Shown here piece by piece: positions 46,239-55,465 of a stretch of 64,000 bases of DNA. Position numbers and translations under genes: made by a program. This stretch comes from a virus (lineage: Duplodnaviria > Caudoviricetes), in the IMG/VR virus record IMGVR_UViG_2881966637_000002, positions 31,846 to 95,845 of that record, one strand, 5' to 3'. The notes under the pieces are model-generated. The model was not told the origin of the DNA. It saw only the letters and a program-made list of their open reading frames with translations, and searched no databases. Position 1 is the stretch's first letter, and every line of letters begins with the position of its first letter.

Positions 46239-46430
46239 ATGCAGCTGATCAATGGAGCCGGTGCGCTTATTCTCTGTATTGCTGCCTGTGCCGGGCTGGC
46301 CGCTTTAGCCGGAGGCTCTTATATACTGGCAAGCCTGATCATTTACCTGTTTCGGTACGTGTTCAGATCGGTGAGGCAGTGGTTCAACCCACCAATACAG
46401 AACAAGCACCATTACAAAAACTATAAATAG
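46239..46430 (+). CDS. Small membrane protein
   Basis: Long hydrophobic stretch. Confidence 0.5.
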   Translation: MQLINGAGALILCIAACAGLAALAGGSYILASLIIYLFRYVFRSVRQWFNPPIQNKHHYKNYK

Positions 46431-46440
46431 CCCAGTGAAC

Positions 46441-46728
46441 ATGACAAAGAAATTAAGAATATGGCATGTGCCCCAGGTGCCGGGCGAACGGATGATTGTC
46501 GAAGTGCCCGACCTGGCATCGGCGCGGTTGGTTCTAAACACGCTGGCCCAGTACGACCTGTTCCAGCTCGAACAGAACATTAAACCCGACTTCGCTAACG
46601 CACAAGGGCTCGAAGTGCTGGACCCGGCAACCGGGGAGTGGGAGGACTGGTACGACGACGAAACCGGACTCAGCTTCGAGGAGTATTGCATCGAAGGCTA
46701 CCTGGATCAACCAACCGACAGCGAATGA
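46441..46728 (+). CDS. P22 gp17-like protein (superinfection exclusion bypass family)
   Basis: LRIWHVPQVPG...YDLFQLEQNIKPDFANAQGLE...WEDWYD. Confidence 0.75.
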   Translation: MTKKLRIWHVPQVPGERMIVEVPDLASARLVLNTLAQYDLFQLEQNIKPDFANAQGLEVLDPATGEWEDWYDDETGLSFEEYCIEGYLDQPTDSE

Positions 46729-47414
46729 CAGCCCTGAACATTTCCGTCTCCAAGCTATGCAGCTTTGACGACTACCTGCACGGCCGCTGGAACCAGGACG
46801 ACGATAGCAAGCTGAAAAGCTATATCATGGGCACCAGTGTCAAAACCTACGAACAGGGCGCGGGCGACGCGGTTCACGCCTATATCGAGGCTCCCGACCG
46901 CTACCCCTGCACGGATCTGACAACCGGCCAGGTCAATGTCAACGGGCATATGCTAGCCCCGGCCGTTGTCGAAACGTGCTTTGACTACTGGATGAACCTG
47001 CCTTGCCCCTTTCTATTCGAGCAGTGGCTACCGGCGATGCGGGTTGTGGTGAAGGGCTACGAGGTGTTTGTTCGGGCCAGGATCGACGTGCTGACGCCCG
47101 AAGCGATCCGCGACATCAAGACCTCTACCTACGCCTATGATCACGACAAATACGCCGATTCGTTTCAGTGGCGGTTCTATCTGTGGATGGCGTCTCACCT
47201 GGACATGGACACCTTTATCTACGACCATTTCCAGTGGAAAAGCAAGGAAACCGAACTAAAGTACAGCAGCGTACAGCTGTATCGGTATCCGACGATGGAA
47301 CAGGACTGTCAGCGTATCCTAGCCGAGTTCATTGACTACCTGGAATCCCAGGAACTTATCGGCTACTGTGTAGCCAGCGAGAAATCACTCTATTACCAAG
47401 CGCAAAGTCGTTAA
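46725..47414 (+). CDS. PD-(D/E)XK / Cas4-like exonuclease
   Basis: GDAVH...RIDVL...IRDIKTS...SFQWRFY; ATGA start at 46725. Confidence 0.8.
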   Translation: MTALNISVSKLCSFDDYLHGRWNQDDDSKLKSYIMGTSVKTYEQGAGDAVHAYIEAPDRYPCTDLTTGQVNVNGHMLAPAVVETCFDYWMNLPCPFLFEQWLPAMRVVVKGYEVFVRARIDVLTPEAIRDIKTSTYAYDHDKYADSFQWRFYLWMASHLDMDTFIYDHFQWKSKETELKYSSVQLYRYPTMEQDCQRILAEFIDYLESQELIGYCVASEKSLYYQAQSR

Positions 47415-47433
47415 ACCAACATAGCTAAATTAA

Positions 47434-48048
47434 ATGCAACTGGATATGTCATTTGTGCCTGATAACAGGTCGGGCAACTGGTCGGTAGAAACCTTTGAGG
47501 TGCCTAAAAACGACCCTACACAAATATTTTCCATCATGAAGTCGGGACGAGGGGTGCCGCCCGGCACGTACAAACGGTTAATGCGTGGCGGCACGGTTGT
47601 GATGTCGAACACACCCGACGAACTATTTGATTTCCATAAAGTGCAGCATTTGGCCCACGGCTCTGTGTTGATCAACGGGCTGGGGCTTGGTTGCTTGGTG
47701 CGGGTATTACTAAATAAAAGTGAGGTGACGCAGATCACGGTTATTGAAAAAAGCGAAGATGTTATTGCGCTGGTCAAACCTTATCTGGTTGATTCCCGAC
47801 TAACGATTATACAGGCCGACGCGTTCTCGTTCCAACCACCAAAAGGCGCTCGATACGACTTCGTGTGGCACGACATCTGGGATTACATCTGTAGCGACAA
47901 CTTAAAGCAAATGGCCATCCTTCACCGTAAATACGCCCGCAGGTCGGGCTGGCAGGATAGTTGGGCCAGAGCTATATGTAAGCAGCAGGATCAACGCTGG
48001 AAAAAGCAAGAGCGGGCTTATCAGTCCTTTTCCGGAATGTATCAATAA
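47434..48048 (+). CDS. SAM-dependent methyltransferase fold (spermidine-synthase-like)
   Basis: VLINGLGLG, VIEKSEDVI, IQADAF, YDFVWHDIW. Confidence 0.75.
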   Translation: MQLDMSFVPDNRSGNWSVETFEVPKNDPTQIFSIMKSGRGVPPGTYKRLMRGGTVVMSNTPDELFDFHKVQHLAHGSVLINGLGLGCLVRVLLNKSEVTQITVIEKSEDVIALVKPYLVDSRLTIIQADAFSFQPPKGARYDFVWHDIWDYICSDNLKQMAILHRKYARRSGWQDSWARAICKQQDQRWKKQERAYQSFSGMYQ

Positions 48049-48060
48049 CTCCAAAAACTT

Positions 48061-48249
48061 ATGCGATTCTGCATGGCCTACGGCAGTCGCTGCCAGAAAC
48101 GTACCGAGTGCGGGGCGTATCAACGCTACCGCACTCACCCCGACCGAAGGCAGATTGCGGCCGTCGAGCTGGGGAAGGCGTGTATCGTGTCGAATCACGC
48201 CCAGCAGGAGCCCGTGAAAAAGTTTAACCCCGTAAAAGGTAGTATGTAA
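48061..48249 (+). CDS. Small Cys-rich protein
   Basis: C......C.....C pattern. Confidence 0.45.
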   Translation: MRFCMAYGSRCQKRTECGAYQRYRTHPDRRQIAAVELGKACIVSNHAQQEPVKKFNPVKGSM

Positions 48250-48266
48250 AAAAACATATTAATAAC

Positions 48267-48297
48267 TTGTTTGCATGAAAGCGACACCCTATTTTTG
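48267..48297 (+). promoter_or_regulatory. Promoter for the replication operon leader
   Basis: TTG-20 nt-TATTTTTG. Confidence 0.6.
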
Positions 48298-48304
48298 GCA
48301 CACA

Positions 48305-48407
48305 TAACACAGGCGTTATCGAGGTGGTAGCCGATAGCAACTGTAAGGACTTGGTTGTCTGACAACCCGCCCGCCGTTTGCGCTACCACCGCAACGGCGG
48401 GTTTTTT
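48305..48407 (+). ncRNA. Structured leader RNA/attenuator with complementary loops and a terminator
   Basis: Hairpin 1 loop GGTGGTAGC is complementary to GCTACCACC in hairpin 3; hairpin 3 is followed by TTTTTT. Confidence 0.65.
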
Positions 48408-48463
48408 ATTTCCCCTTCTTTCCTGCAACCGCCAATCAACGCATTGGCATAATCAACTCCGCA

Positions 48464-49393
48464 ATGGAAAAGACATCTTATTTTGACAATTTTATGGACA
48501 CCGCCCCAGCATTGAGCGGGTATAAGTTTGGGTACTGTGCGGTATACATGGCCATCCTGCGGCTAACCAGGAAGCAGAAAACCAATGTACTGTCCGACGA
48601 AATGGACAGCATAAAAAACGTTGCTGCCGTGGGAAAAACCTTCGCCCACGAAGCCGTGATCTGGCTGGACGCGAACGAATTTATCCGCTACACCCCTACA
48701 GCCAATGGCAAAATACCAGCCACCATTCATCTAATCTTGGATTCTGCCACGCGGTCTACTAGCGGTCTAGTAGCGGTCCAGCAGCGGTCTAGTAGCGGTC
48801 TAGTAGCAGAATCCAGATTTCCTCACGTACACGCCCGCGAAGGGATAGGAACGCACGGCCACGCGGAGAAGGATGTTACTAATTATTTAGATACTTTTAG
48901 AGTAGGATATGGAGTAATAGAACCTACGGACTATCTACCGGTAAAGGATGCCCTACCGAGCCGACCGGCCGCAGCCGTTGATTTTTCCGGAGGTCGTCAA
49001 TTCACACCCGGCCATCCACCCTCCGATCAGGAACGAGCCGATCTGCTCGCGATCCAGCAGTCCGGCCGTAAGTTCTCGTTGCAAAGTTTGCTTGATGACT
49101 ACGAGAACGCTCACCCCCTCGACTACCCCCCTTCCATGCTGGTTGAGTTTGCCGAGTTCTACGAAAAGGCCGACGACAAGCAACCCTCGATCCAAATTTG
49201 GGAATCACTCAGCAACGGCCAGCCCGATAAAGCCCTTTGGCTCCGGCGACGGCTAAAGTCCTGGTGGGAGAAAAAGCAGCTATCCCACTACCCCACCTGG
49301 AAAAAAGGCGTTGGCTACCCGGCGACCCCTGACGACGACTACCAGGAAACCCCATTGACCTTTTCGACCAATAACCCGTATGAGTTCATTTAG
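48464..49393 (+). CDS. Replication initiator (lambda O-like position)
   Basis: wHTH-like N-terminus, internal iterons, upstream of DnaB. Confidence 0.7.
   Translation: MEKTSYFDNFMDTAPALSGYKFGYCAVYMAILRLTRKQKTNVLSDEMDSIKNVAAVGKTFAHEAVIWLDANEFIRYTPTANGKIPATIHLILDSATRSTSGLVAVQQRSSSGLVAESRFPHVHAREGIGTHGHAEKDVTNYLDTFRVGYGVIEPTDYLPVKDALPSRPAAAVDFSGGRQFTPGHPPSDQERADLLAIQQSGRKFSLQSLLDDYENAHPLDYPPSMLVEFAEFYEKADDKQPSIQIWESLSNGQPDKALWLRRRLKSWWEKKQLSHYPTWKKGVGYPATPDDDYQETPLTFSTNNPYEFI
48751..48805 (+). repeat. Five tandem 11-bp iterons (putative origin)
   Basis: GCGGTCTACTA / GCGGTCTAGTA / GCGGTCCAGCA / GCGGTCTAGTA / GCGGTCTAGTA, then an AT-rich tract near 48875-48920. Confidence 0.8.
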
Positions 49394-49712
49394 CCGGGAT
49401 CAGTCGGAACGTCACCACCAGTTACTCGTCCAGCGAGACGTACCCGAAGAAGCGGTAACGCGCTGGGAAACGATGATTGACGCGATCGAGTGCTCGCCTA
49501 CCACCAGCCATTTACCCCCCTGGGCCTTTGTCTGGTTTTTCGCTGGTCGAAGTGATGCGTATAGCCGAATCCTGCCCCCGCCCCCCTGGGCGTATGCGCC
49601 TTACGGATCGCTGGAATCAACCCCACTCCTGCCCGGCCAGCCGGGTTACGTGCCCCAGCCGGTAACGGCCGACGACCTTCTTGAACTGAAATTAATACTG
49701 GGTTATGTTTGA
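49380..49712 (+). CDS. Hypothetical Pro-rich protein
   Basis: Overlaps both neighbours. Confidence 0.55.
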   Translation: MSSFSRDQSERHHQLLVQRDVPEEAVTRWETMIDAIECSPTTSHLPPWAFVWFFAGRSDAYSRILPPPPWAYAPYGSLESTPLLPGQPGYVPQPVTADDLLELKLILGYV

Positions 49713-51165
49713 CACACTGAAATTACCCCCCTCCGACATACCCTCCGAACGGGCCCTGCTAGGGGCTATTTTCAACGAGCCGCGCCGGTTATTCGATGTC
49801 AGGGCCTATCTGGATGAGGGCAACGTGTTTTACGACCTGGAGCTGGCCGACATTTACAAAACGATGCTCTGGGTAGTGGATGCGGGCCAGACCCTACGGC
49901 CATTGACCGTGATCCAGCGGCTGAACATGCAGAAGAAGGAAGGTATCTTTGCCAAGCATAACCTACTGGATCTGAGCAACGAGGGTACGGGCTGTGATGT
50001 TGACTATACCGCGATTCACCTGCGTGAGCTGTTCATCAAGCGACTGGCGATCAGCGAAGCCAGCCAGCTGATCAGGATTTCGTTCGAGAACCAGCCGCTG
50101 GACCATGTTGTCGCGCAGTCGCAGCAACTAACCGAACTGGTGACAGGTCAGGTCAATGTCGGTCGCGACCGGTCCCTGGACAGCATTACCAGCGGGGCCT
50201 TCGCCCATATCGTGGACGCGAGTAACGCGCCGACCGGGTTGGTGGGGGTAACCACGGGGTCGGGCCGCATCAACAGGCTCACCGGGGGCTGGCAGAAATC
50301 AGACCTGGTGTACATGGCCGGCCGGCCGGGATCGGGTAAAAGTGCGGTGGCACTCTGCCACGCCGATGCCGCAGCGTCGGACAAAACCGGGGTCGGTATC
50401 ATTTCGCTGGAAATGAGCGCGGAGGATAACGTGATGCGGCTGATCAGCGGACGCTGTAGGGTTCCGTACAGTGAGCTCAGGCGGGGCAAACACGCGGATG
50501 GAACGCCGTTCACGCCGGAGGAGTGGCGGGCGATTGAAAAGGCCAGGGACGAGATCAACAGCTTACCGCTCCATTTCTACACCAAACACAGCTACGACAT
50601 CGCGGACCTGACGTATACCGCACTGGACTGGCAACAACGGTACGGCATTGGTTTGCTGATCGTGGATTACGTTCAGCTCTTAGAGGACCGAACGGTGAAG
50701 GGCAACGACCAGCAGCGGGTGAGCGCGGTGAGCCGCAAGCTGAAGCAGCTCAACTTTAGGACCGAAATGCCGATTCTGGCCCTGGCACAGCTGTCCCGTG
50801 CGGTAGAAACCAGGAAGAACAAGCGGCCGATCATGACCGATCTGCGGGAAACGGGTCAGCTGGAACAGGACGGCGGTATCATTATCGGACTGTACCGCGA
50901 CGACTACTACAAGTTGCAGCGGGCCAAGAACCAGCGGGCCGACGCTACACTGGTTATGCCTGACTTTGATAACACGATCGAGTACGATTTATTGAAGAAC
51001 CGAAACGGGGAGGTGCGTATGGCCAAGCTCTGGTGCGATATAGCGACCAACCGCATAGCCGACGACGCCCCCGGTCTGCTGCCTTACAATGGCATCAGTG
51101 CTCCCACGCCCAGCCGGGCTCTGGCACCGGTCCAGGCAGAGGATGAAAGCGACGTTCCGTTCTAA
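49705..51165 (+). CDS. dnaB: Replicative DNA helicase
   Basis: AGRPGSGKS, ISLEMS, IVDYVQL, LAQLSRAVE, DLRETGQLEQD, KNRNG. Confidence 0.96.
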   Translation: MFDTLKLPPSDIPSERALLGAIFNEPRRLFDVRAYLDEGNVFYDLELADIYKTMLWVVDAGQTLRPLTVIQRLNMQKKEGIFAKHNLLDLSNEGTGCDVDYTAIHLRELFIKRLAISEASQLIRISFENQPLDHVVAQSQQLTELVTGQVNVGRDRSLDSITSGAFAHIVDASNAPTGLVGVTTGSGRINRLTGGWQKSDLVYMAGRPGSGKSAVALCHADAAASDKTGVGIISLEMSAEDNVMRLISGRCRVPYSELRRGKHADGTPFTPEEWRAIEKARDEINSLPLHFYTKHSYDIADLTYTALDWQQRYGIGLLIVDYVQLLEDRTVKGNDQQRVSAVSRKLKQLNFRTEMPILALAQLSRAVETRKNKRPIMTDLRETGQLEQDGGIIIGLYRDDYYKLQRAKNQRADATLVMPDFDNTIEYDLLKNRNGEVRMAKLWCDIATNRIADDAPGLLPYNGISAPTPSRALAPVQAEDESDVPF

Positions 51166-51183
51166 GCTAAAAACCATATTAAT

Positions 51184-51456
51184 ATGCTGAAACGAACCTT
51201 AGCCTATGAAGTGGATAACGGCGACATCTGGGTGATCGTGGGCCTGATCTACCCCAGCCCATCGGGGATCAGGCCCGTGGCCACCGATGTGATCATGGAG
51301 CGGACCCGCGACGGCAAACGAATCGAACGAGCCGTGGATGTGGTCGAGGAGCAGATCAGGCTGAAAAAGCTCGTACCCCGGCCCGTGTTCAACGACAAGC
51401 GCGATACAGTGCGCATCGACATCTGTAATAACCAGCTCATTTTAGAAACCATTTAA
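51184..51456 (+). CDS. Hypothetical protein
   Basis: Co-oriented ORF with leader motif. Confidence 0.6.
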   Translation: MLKRTLAYEVDNGDIWVIVGLIYPSPSGIRPVATDVIMERTRDGKRIERAVDVVEEQIRLKKLVPRPVFNDKRDTVRIDICNNQLILETI

Positions 51457-51465
51457 AAGGAAATA

Positions 51466-52350
51466 ATGAAAGCATTCGTGAGTTTTAGTGGAGGTAAAGA
51501 TTCTCAGGCATGTTTGATCTGGGCGGTAAAGACATGGGGGCAAAAGGTGGAGGCCGTATTCTGCGATACAGGTCACGAACACCCCTTAACATACATTCAT
51601 GTGCAAGAGGTTTGTGATCAGTTGGGGGTGGCCCTGCACACCTTGAAATCAAAAAAATATGCTGGCTTTGGTGATATGTCGATACAGAAAGGTCGCTTCC
51701 CGTCAACAAAGGCCAGGTTTTGCACCGAGGAGCTGAAAATAAAGCCGATGGTTGATTTTGTGCTCAGTCAAGAAACTGACCTATTGGTAATACAGGGTAT
51801 ACGGAAGGACGAAAGCAACAGCCGATCAAAAATGGAGGAGCAGTGCCACTACTTCAAAGGATGGATTGAGCCGTATGGAAAAGACAAAAAGGGCCGTCCA
51901 AGATTCAACACGTATCGAAAAAAGGATGTGCTCATCCATATGGAGCGGTATAGTTCAACGATCATGCGTCCGATTTTCGACTGGACATCCCAAGACGTGA
52001 TTAACTATATTCTTGAAAATAACCAGAAACCCAACCCATTATACTATAAGGGCTTCTCACGAGTGGGCTGCTTTCCCTGTATTATGTGCCGGCAAAGTGA
52101 GCTGAAATTAATCATTGAAAAATATCCGGAGCATATTGACAAAATAAAAGAATGGGAGTCGGGAATGGAGAAAAAAGATAGACACTTTTTCCCGCCTAAT
52201 TATATTCCTAAACGAGCCATGACCAATCGAATTTGGCCAACTACGGATGATGTTGTTAAATACATTAAAGGGAAAAACGAAACGATCGAAGTTTTTGAAG
52301 AACCTGAGGGTGATGGGCGGTGTATGAGCTATTATCATCTTTGTGAATAG
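51466..52350 (+). CDS. PAPS reductase family (PP-loop) protein
   Basis: SFSGGKDS, FCDTG, RFCTEELKIKP, GIRKDES..R, RVGCFPC. Confidence 0.9.
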   Translation: MKAFVSFSGGKDSQACLIWAVKTWGQKVEAVFCDTGHEHPLTYIHVQEVCDQLGVALHTLKSKKYAGFGDMSIQKGRFPSTKARFCTEELKIKPMVDFVLSQETDLLVIQGIRKDESNSRSKMEEQCHYFKGWIEPYGKDKKGRPRFNTYRKKDVLIHMERYSSTIMRPIFDWTSQDVINYILENNQKPNPLYYKGFSRVGCFPCIMCRQSELKLIIEKYPEHIDKIKEWESGMEKKDRHFFPPNYIPKRAMTNRIWPTTDDVVKYIKGKNETIEVFEEPEGDGRCMSYYHLCE

Positions 52351-52426
52351 CCAAAAATTTAATCCCTTTTGGTTAGCATTTAATGTTTTTTACCATATTT
52401 TTGCCATTAAATAAACCTTATTTACC

Positions 52427-53637
52427 ATGACAACAGAAACCGTAGTGTCTACCTCTGCGATCGTCGCCAGTTCCGTGATGCGTCACGCCATGTCCCGGCT
52501 GCTCCCGGTCGTATCCATCAACCCGATCATCCCGATTGTAGAGAACATGTTAGTGACGGTACGCGAAGATTTGCTCACCCTGCACGTCTCCGACCTCCAT
52601 CGCGAAGCCCGCGCTATTATCCCGGCTGAAACCGATGTTTTTGGCACCGACACGACTCAGTTCTGCGTTCCGTTCCGTGAGCTCTACAGATTGCTCGTCA
52701 CGCTGCCCGAACAGCCCATCACGATTCGCTACGAAGCCGGTGAGTCGCGGAAACTGAGTATCCTCGCGGTGAATGGGGAATACGAGTTTTTGTCGCTGGA
52801 GGACCCGCTTGACTTCCCCAAGCCACTAGACTTCAAGCCAACGACCAGCTTCACGGCTCCGCTATCCGAGTTCAAAGCGTTGATGCGACTCATGAAGCCG
52901 TTTATCAGCACGGACGATCTGCGCCCGGCAATGACCGGTATCCACTGGCAGTGTGGCGGTGCGCTATCGGGCGGACCGGAGCCCAGCCACAAGGGGCATG
53001 AACTGGTCGCGACAGACGGACACTCGATTGTACGCGTTCGGCCCACCTTCCCAACCTGCGACCCATTCGCGGTTATTGTCCCCCTCCAACTCGTATCCAC
53101 GCTGGCCCAGCTGCCGGACAAAGGCGATAATCCGACCATCGCCATCAACAAAAGCAAAGATAGGCCGATGATAAACGTTAGTTTCGGCATGTTTAGCTAC
53201 ACCGCCCGGTGTATTGACGAGCGGTTTCCGGACTACCCCAATGTGTTGACCGATATTAAACCCACCGCCACGTTCCAGCTGGGGCGGGTCGATTTTATCA
53301 GCAGTTTAAAGCGGGCTCTGATCTTTTCTAACCGCATCACTCACCAGTTCAAATTGTCGGTAGCCAGTGTAAACTGGTGCTGAGTGCTCACAACCTGGAC
53401 TATGCGAACGCGTTTACCGAGCGCATCCCGCTGCACGACAATAAAAAGCACACCCCTGCCGATATCGGGTTCAACGCGAAACTGATGCTGGGTATCATCG
53501 CGGTGGTGCCAACCATGATCTTTGAGTTTACTATCACGAAAGCCAGTAGCATTGCGCTACTGCATCCGGTCGGCCCTAACGGACCTGACAAAACGGTGCT
53601 GATCGGCATCATGCCGGTTATGCTGGATCGCTATTAA
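52427..53637 (+). pseudogene. dnaN: DNA polymerase III beta sliding clamp homologue, split by a frameshift near 53370
   Basis: STDDLRPAMTG, VATDGH, RCIDERFPDY in frame 1; IGFNAK and IMPVML in frame 2. Confidence 0.8.
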
Positions 53638-53664
53638 GGTATTTACCATATTAAATACATATTC

Positions 53665-55011
53665 GTGATTGATCTTGACAACGACCTGCCTGCTCTTTCG
53701 TACGCTACGGTGTGCAGCGGGATAGAAGCCCCCAGCGTAGCCTGGCATCCACTAGGCTGGCGACCGGTCTGGTTCTCTGAAATAGACCGGTTTGCCAGCC
53801 AGGTTCTTTCCCATCATTACCCCGACATACCTAATCTGGGGGATATGACCCTGATCCATGAAAAAGAAGCCTTCATCCAATCAGATATTGATCTTCTCTT
53901 CGGAGGAACCCCTTGTCAAAGCTTCTCCATCGCCGGACTCCGAAAGGGCCTTTCTGATCCGCGTGGCAACCTCGCCCTCACCTTTCTCGCACATCTTGAA
54001 AGAAAGCATCCCTGGTGGTTTGTTTGGGAAAATGTCCCCGGCGTCTTATCAAGCTGGTCAGATGAGACGGCTGGTCCGGAGGACGGAACCTACTGGCAAA
54101 CAAACGATTTTGACACCTTCCTCTGTGGACTTCGGGAAATCGGGTACGGTGTCGCGTGGCGAATCTTTGACGCTCAGTATTTCGGCCTGGCCCAGCGACG
54201 CGAGCGTGTGTTCGTTGTCGGATGTCTTGGTGACGAGCGAAGTGCCCAGGCGGTTCTTTTTGAGTCCGGTTGCCTGCAAGGGTATCCTGCGCCGAGCCGA
54301 AAAAAGGGGCAAAGCATTACCTACGACCTTGCTCCAAGCCTTAAAGCAAGTGGCCCAGGCACATCAAGAGTCGGTGATAAAAGAGGTCAGGACCCGGTAG
54401 TAGCTGTTTGTATGGCTAAAGGACAGGCTAATGCAGAGATTACAAGTGAGCACAGCCCTGCCCTCACTTGTAATCACGAAGCTCCAATTGTTGTGTACGG
54501 AATTGACGAGGAATGCAACGTTAGCGAGAATCATTTTGGTTCGCTGTTGCGTGGTGGTCAAGAGGGCACCAGACAGGCTGTTGCGTACCGTACGGCGGGT
54601 GATGGTGGTATCTACGAATCAGGTGATCATACTGCGGCTCTGACAACCAATACCGACCGTTCGGCCAATATAATTCTTGGTTTCAGGTATGGGGCGTCAC
54701 AGCAGGACACGCTGCATCATGAAAACGGAATTATGTCTACCCTGCCATCGGGCTCAAATAACAAAGCGGGCCATTATACCAAAACCGTTCAGGGCCTTTC
54801 CGTGCGCCGGTTAATGCCTGTAGAGGCCGAGCGGTTGCAGGGTTTTCCGGATGGATATACGGATATAAAGCCAAAAGGAAAGCCGACGCCTGATGGCCCC
54901 AGATACAAAGTTCTGGGCAACTCCATTGCTGTTCCGGTTCTACGTTGGATTGGTCGCCGGATTCAACTCGTACACAAACTAAAAGGCTATGAGCGAAGAA
55001 CTGAGCATTGA
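53665..55011 (+). CDS. DNA (cytosine-5) methyltransferase
   Basis: CSGIEA, GGTPCQSFS, WENVPG, QRRERVF, RRLMPVEAERLQGFP, GNSIAVPV. Confidence 0.93.
   Translation: MIDLDNDLPALSYATVCSGIEAPSVAWHPLGWRPVWFSEIDRFASQVLSHHYPDIPNLGDMTLIHEKEAFIQSDIDLLFGGTPCQSFSIAGLRKGLSDPRGNLALTFLAHLERKHPWWFVWENVPGVLSSWSDETAGPEDGTYWQTNDFDTFLCGLREIGYGVAWRIFDAQYFGLAQRRERVFVVGCLGDERSAQAVLFESGCLQGYPAPSRKKGQSITYDLAPSLKASGPGTSRVGDKRGQDPVVAVCMAKGQANAEITSEHSPALTCNHEAPIVVYGIDEECNVSENHFGSLLRGGQEGTRQAVAYRTAGDGGIYESGDHTAALTTNTDRSANIILGFRYGASQQDTLHHENGIMSTLPSGSNNKAGHYTKTVQGLSVRRLMPVEAERLQGFPDGYTDIKPKGKPTPDGPRYKVLGNSIAVPVLRWIGRRIQLVHKLKGYERRTEH
53858..54400 (+). CDS. Nested alternative-frame ORF resembling the beta polypeptide of split C5 MTases
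   Basis: 180 aa ATG-started ORF; CSLSDVL...VPRRFFLSPVACKGILRRAEKRGKALP. Confidence 0.6.
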   Translation: MKKKPSSNQILIFSSEEPLVKASPSPDSERAFLIRVATSPSPFSHILKESIPGGLFGKMSPASYQAGQMRRLVRRTEPTGKQTILTPSSVDFGKSGTVSRGESLTLSISAWPSDASVCSLSDVLVTSEVPRRFFLSPVACKGILRRAEKRGKALPTTLLQALKQVAQAHQESVIKEVRTR

Positions 55012-55465
55012 GCAGTACCGCGCCGAGTTGCAGCGCGGGGCCGTATCCCGCCCCAAACTGCCCAGCCGCAAGAAGCAGGTATCGCAGCCCGACCAGCCCG
55101 GTACCGAGACACCGCCCGGCGTTCAGGTGATTTTGGGTTCCCCGCCGTCCAAGTCCAATTCGTACCGAATCGTGAATGACACGCTGGTGAAATCAACCGC
55201 GATGAAGCTGTGGGAGGAGTCGTTTTACATGCAGTGCAATCTGTACCGGGGCGTTCGGATCAACGGTTTCTTTGAGCTGACGCTAACCGCGTTTTTCCCC
55301 TCGATCAGGCACGATCTGGACGGCGTGTTGAAGGGATTGCTGGATTGCTTACAGACCATGCAGGTGATCAAAAACGACAAATATAACACGGCGATCAACG
55401 CCCGAAAGTTTGTGGACAAACAGAACCCTCGTATCGAATTTACCCTGACCCCGATCAATTTATGA
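54989..55465 (+). CDS. rusA: RusA-family Holliday junction resolvase
   Basis: PPSKSN...HDLDGVLKGLLDCL...IKNDK...NPRIEF. Confidence 0.85.
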   Translation: MSEELSIEQYRAELQRGAVSRPKLPSRKKQVSQPDQPGTETPPGVQVILGSPPSKSNSYRIVNDTLVKSTAMKLWEESFYMQCNLYRGVRINGFFELTLTAFFPSIRHDLDGVLKGLLDCLQTMQVIKNDKYNTAINARKFVDKQNPRIEFTLTPINL

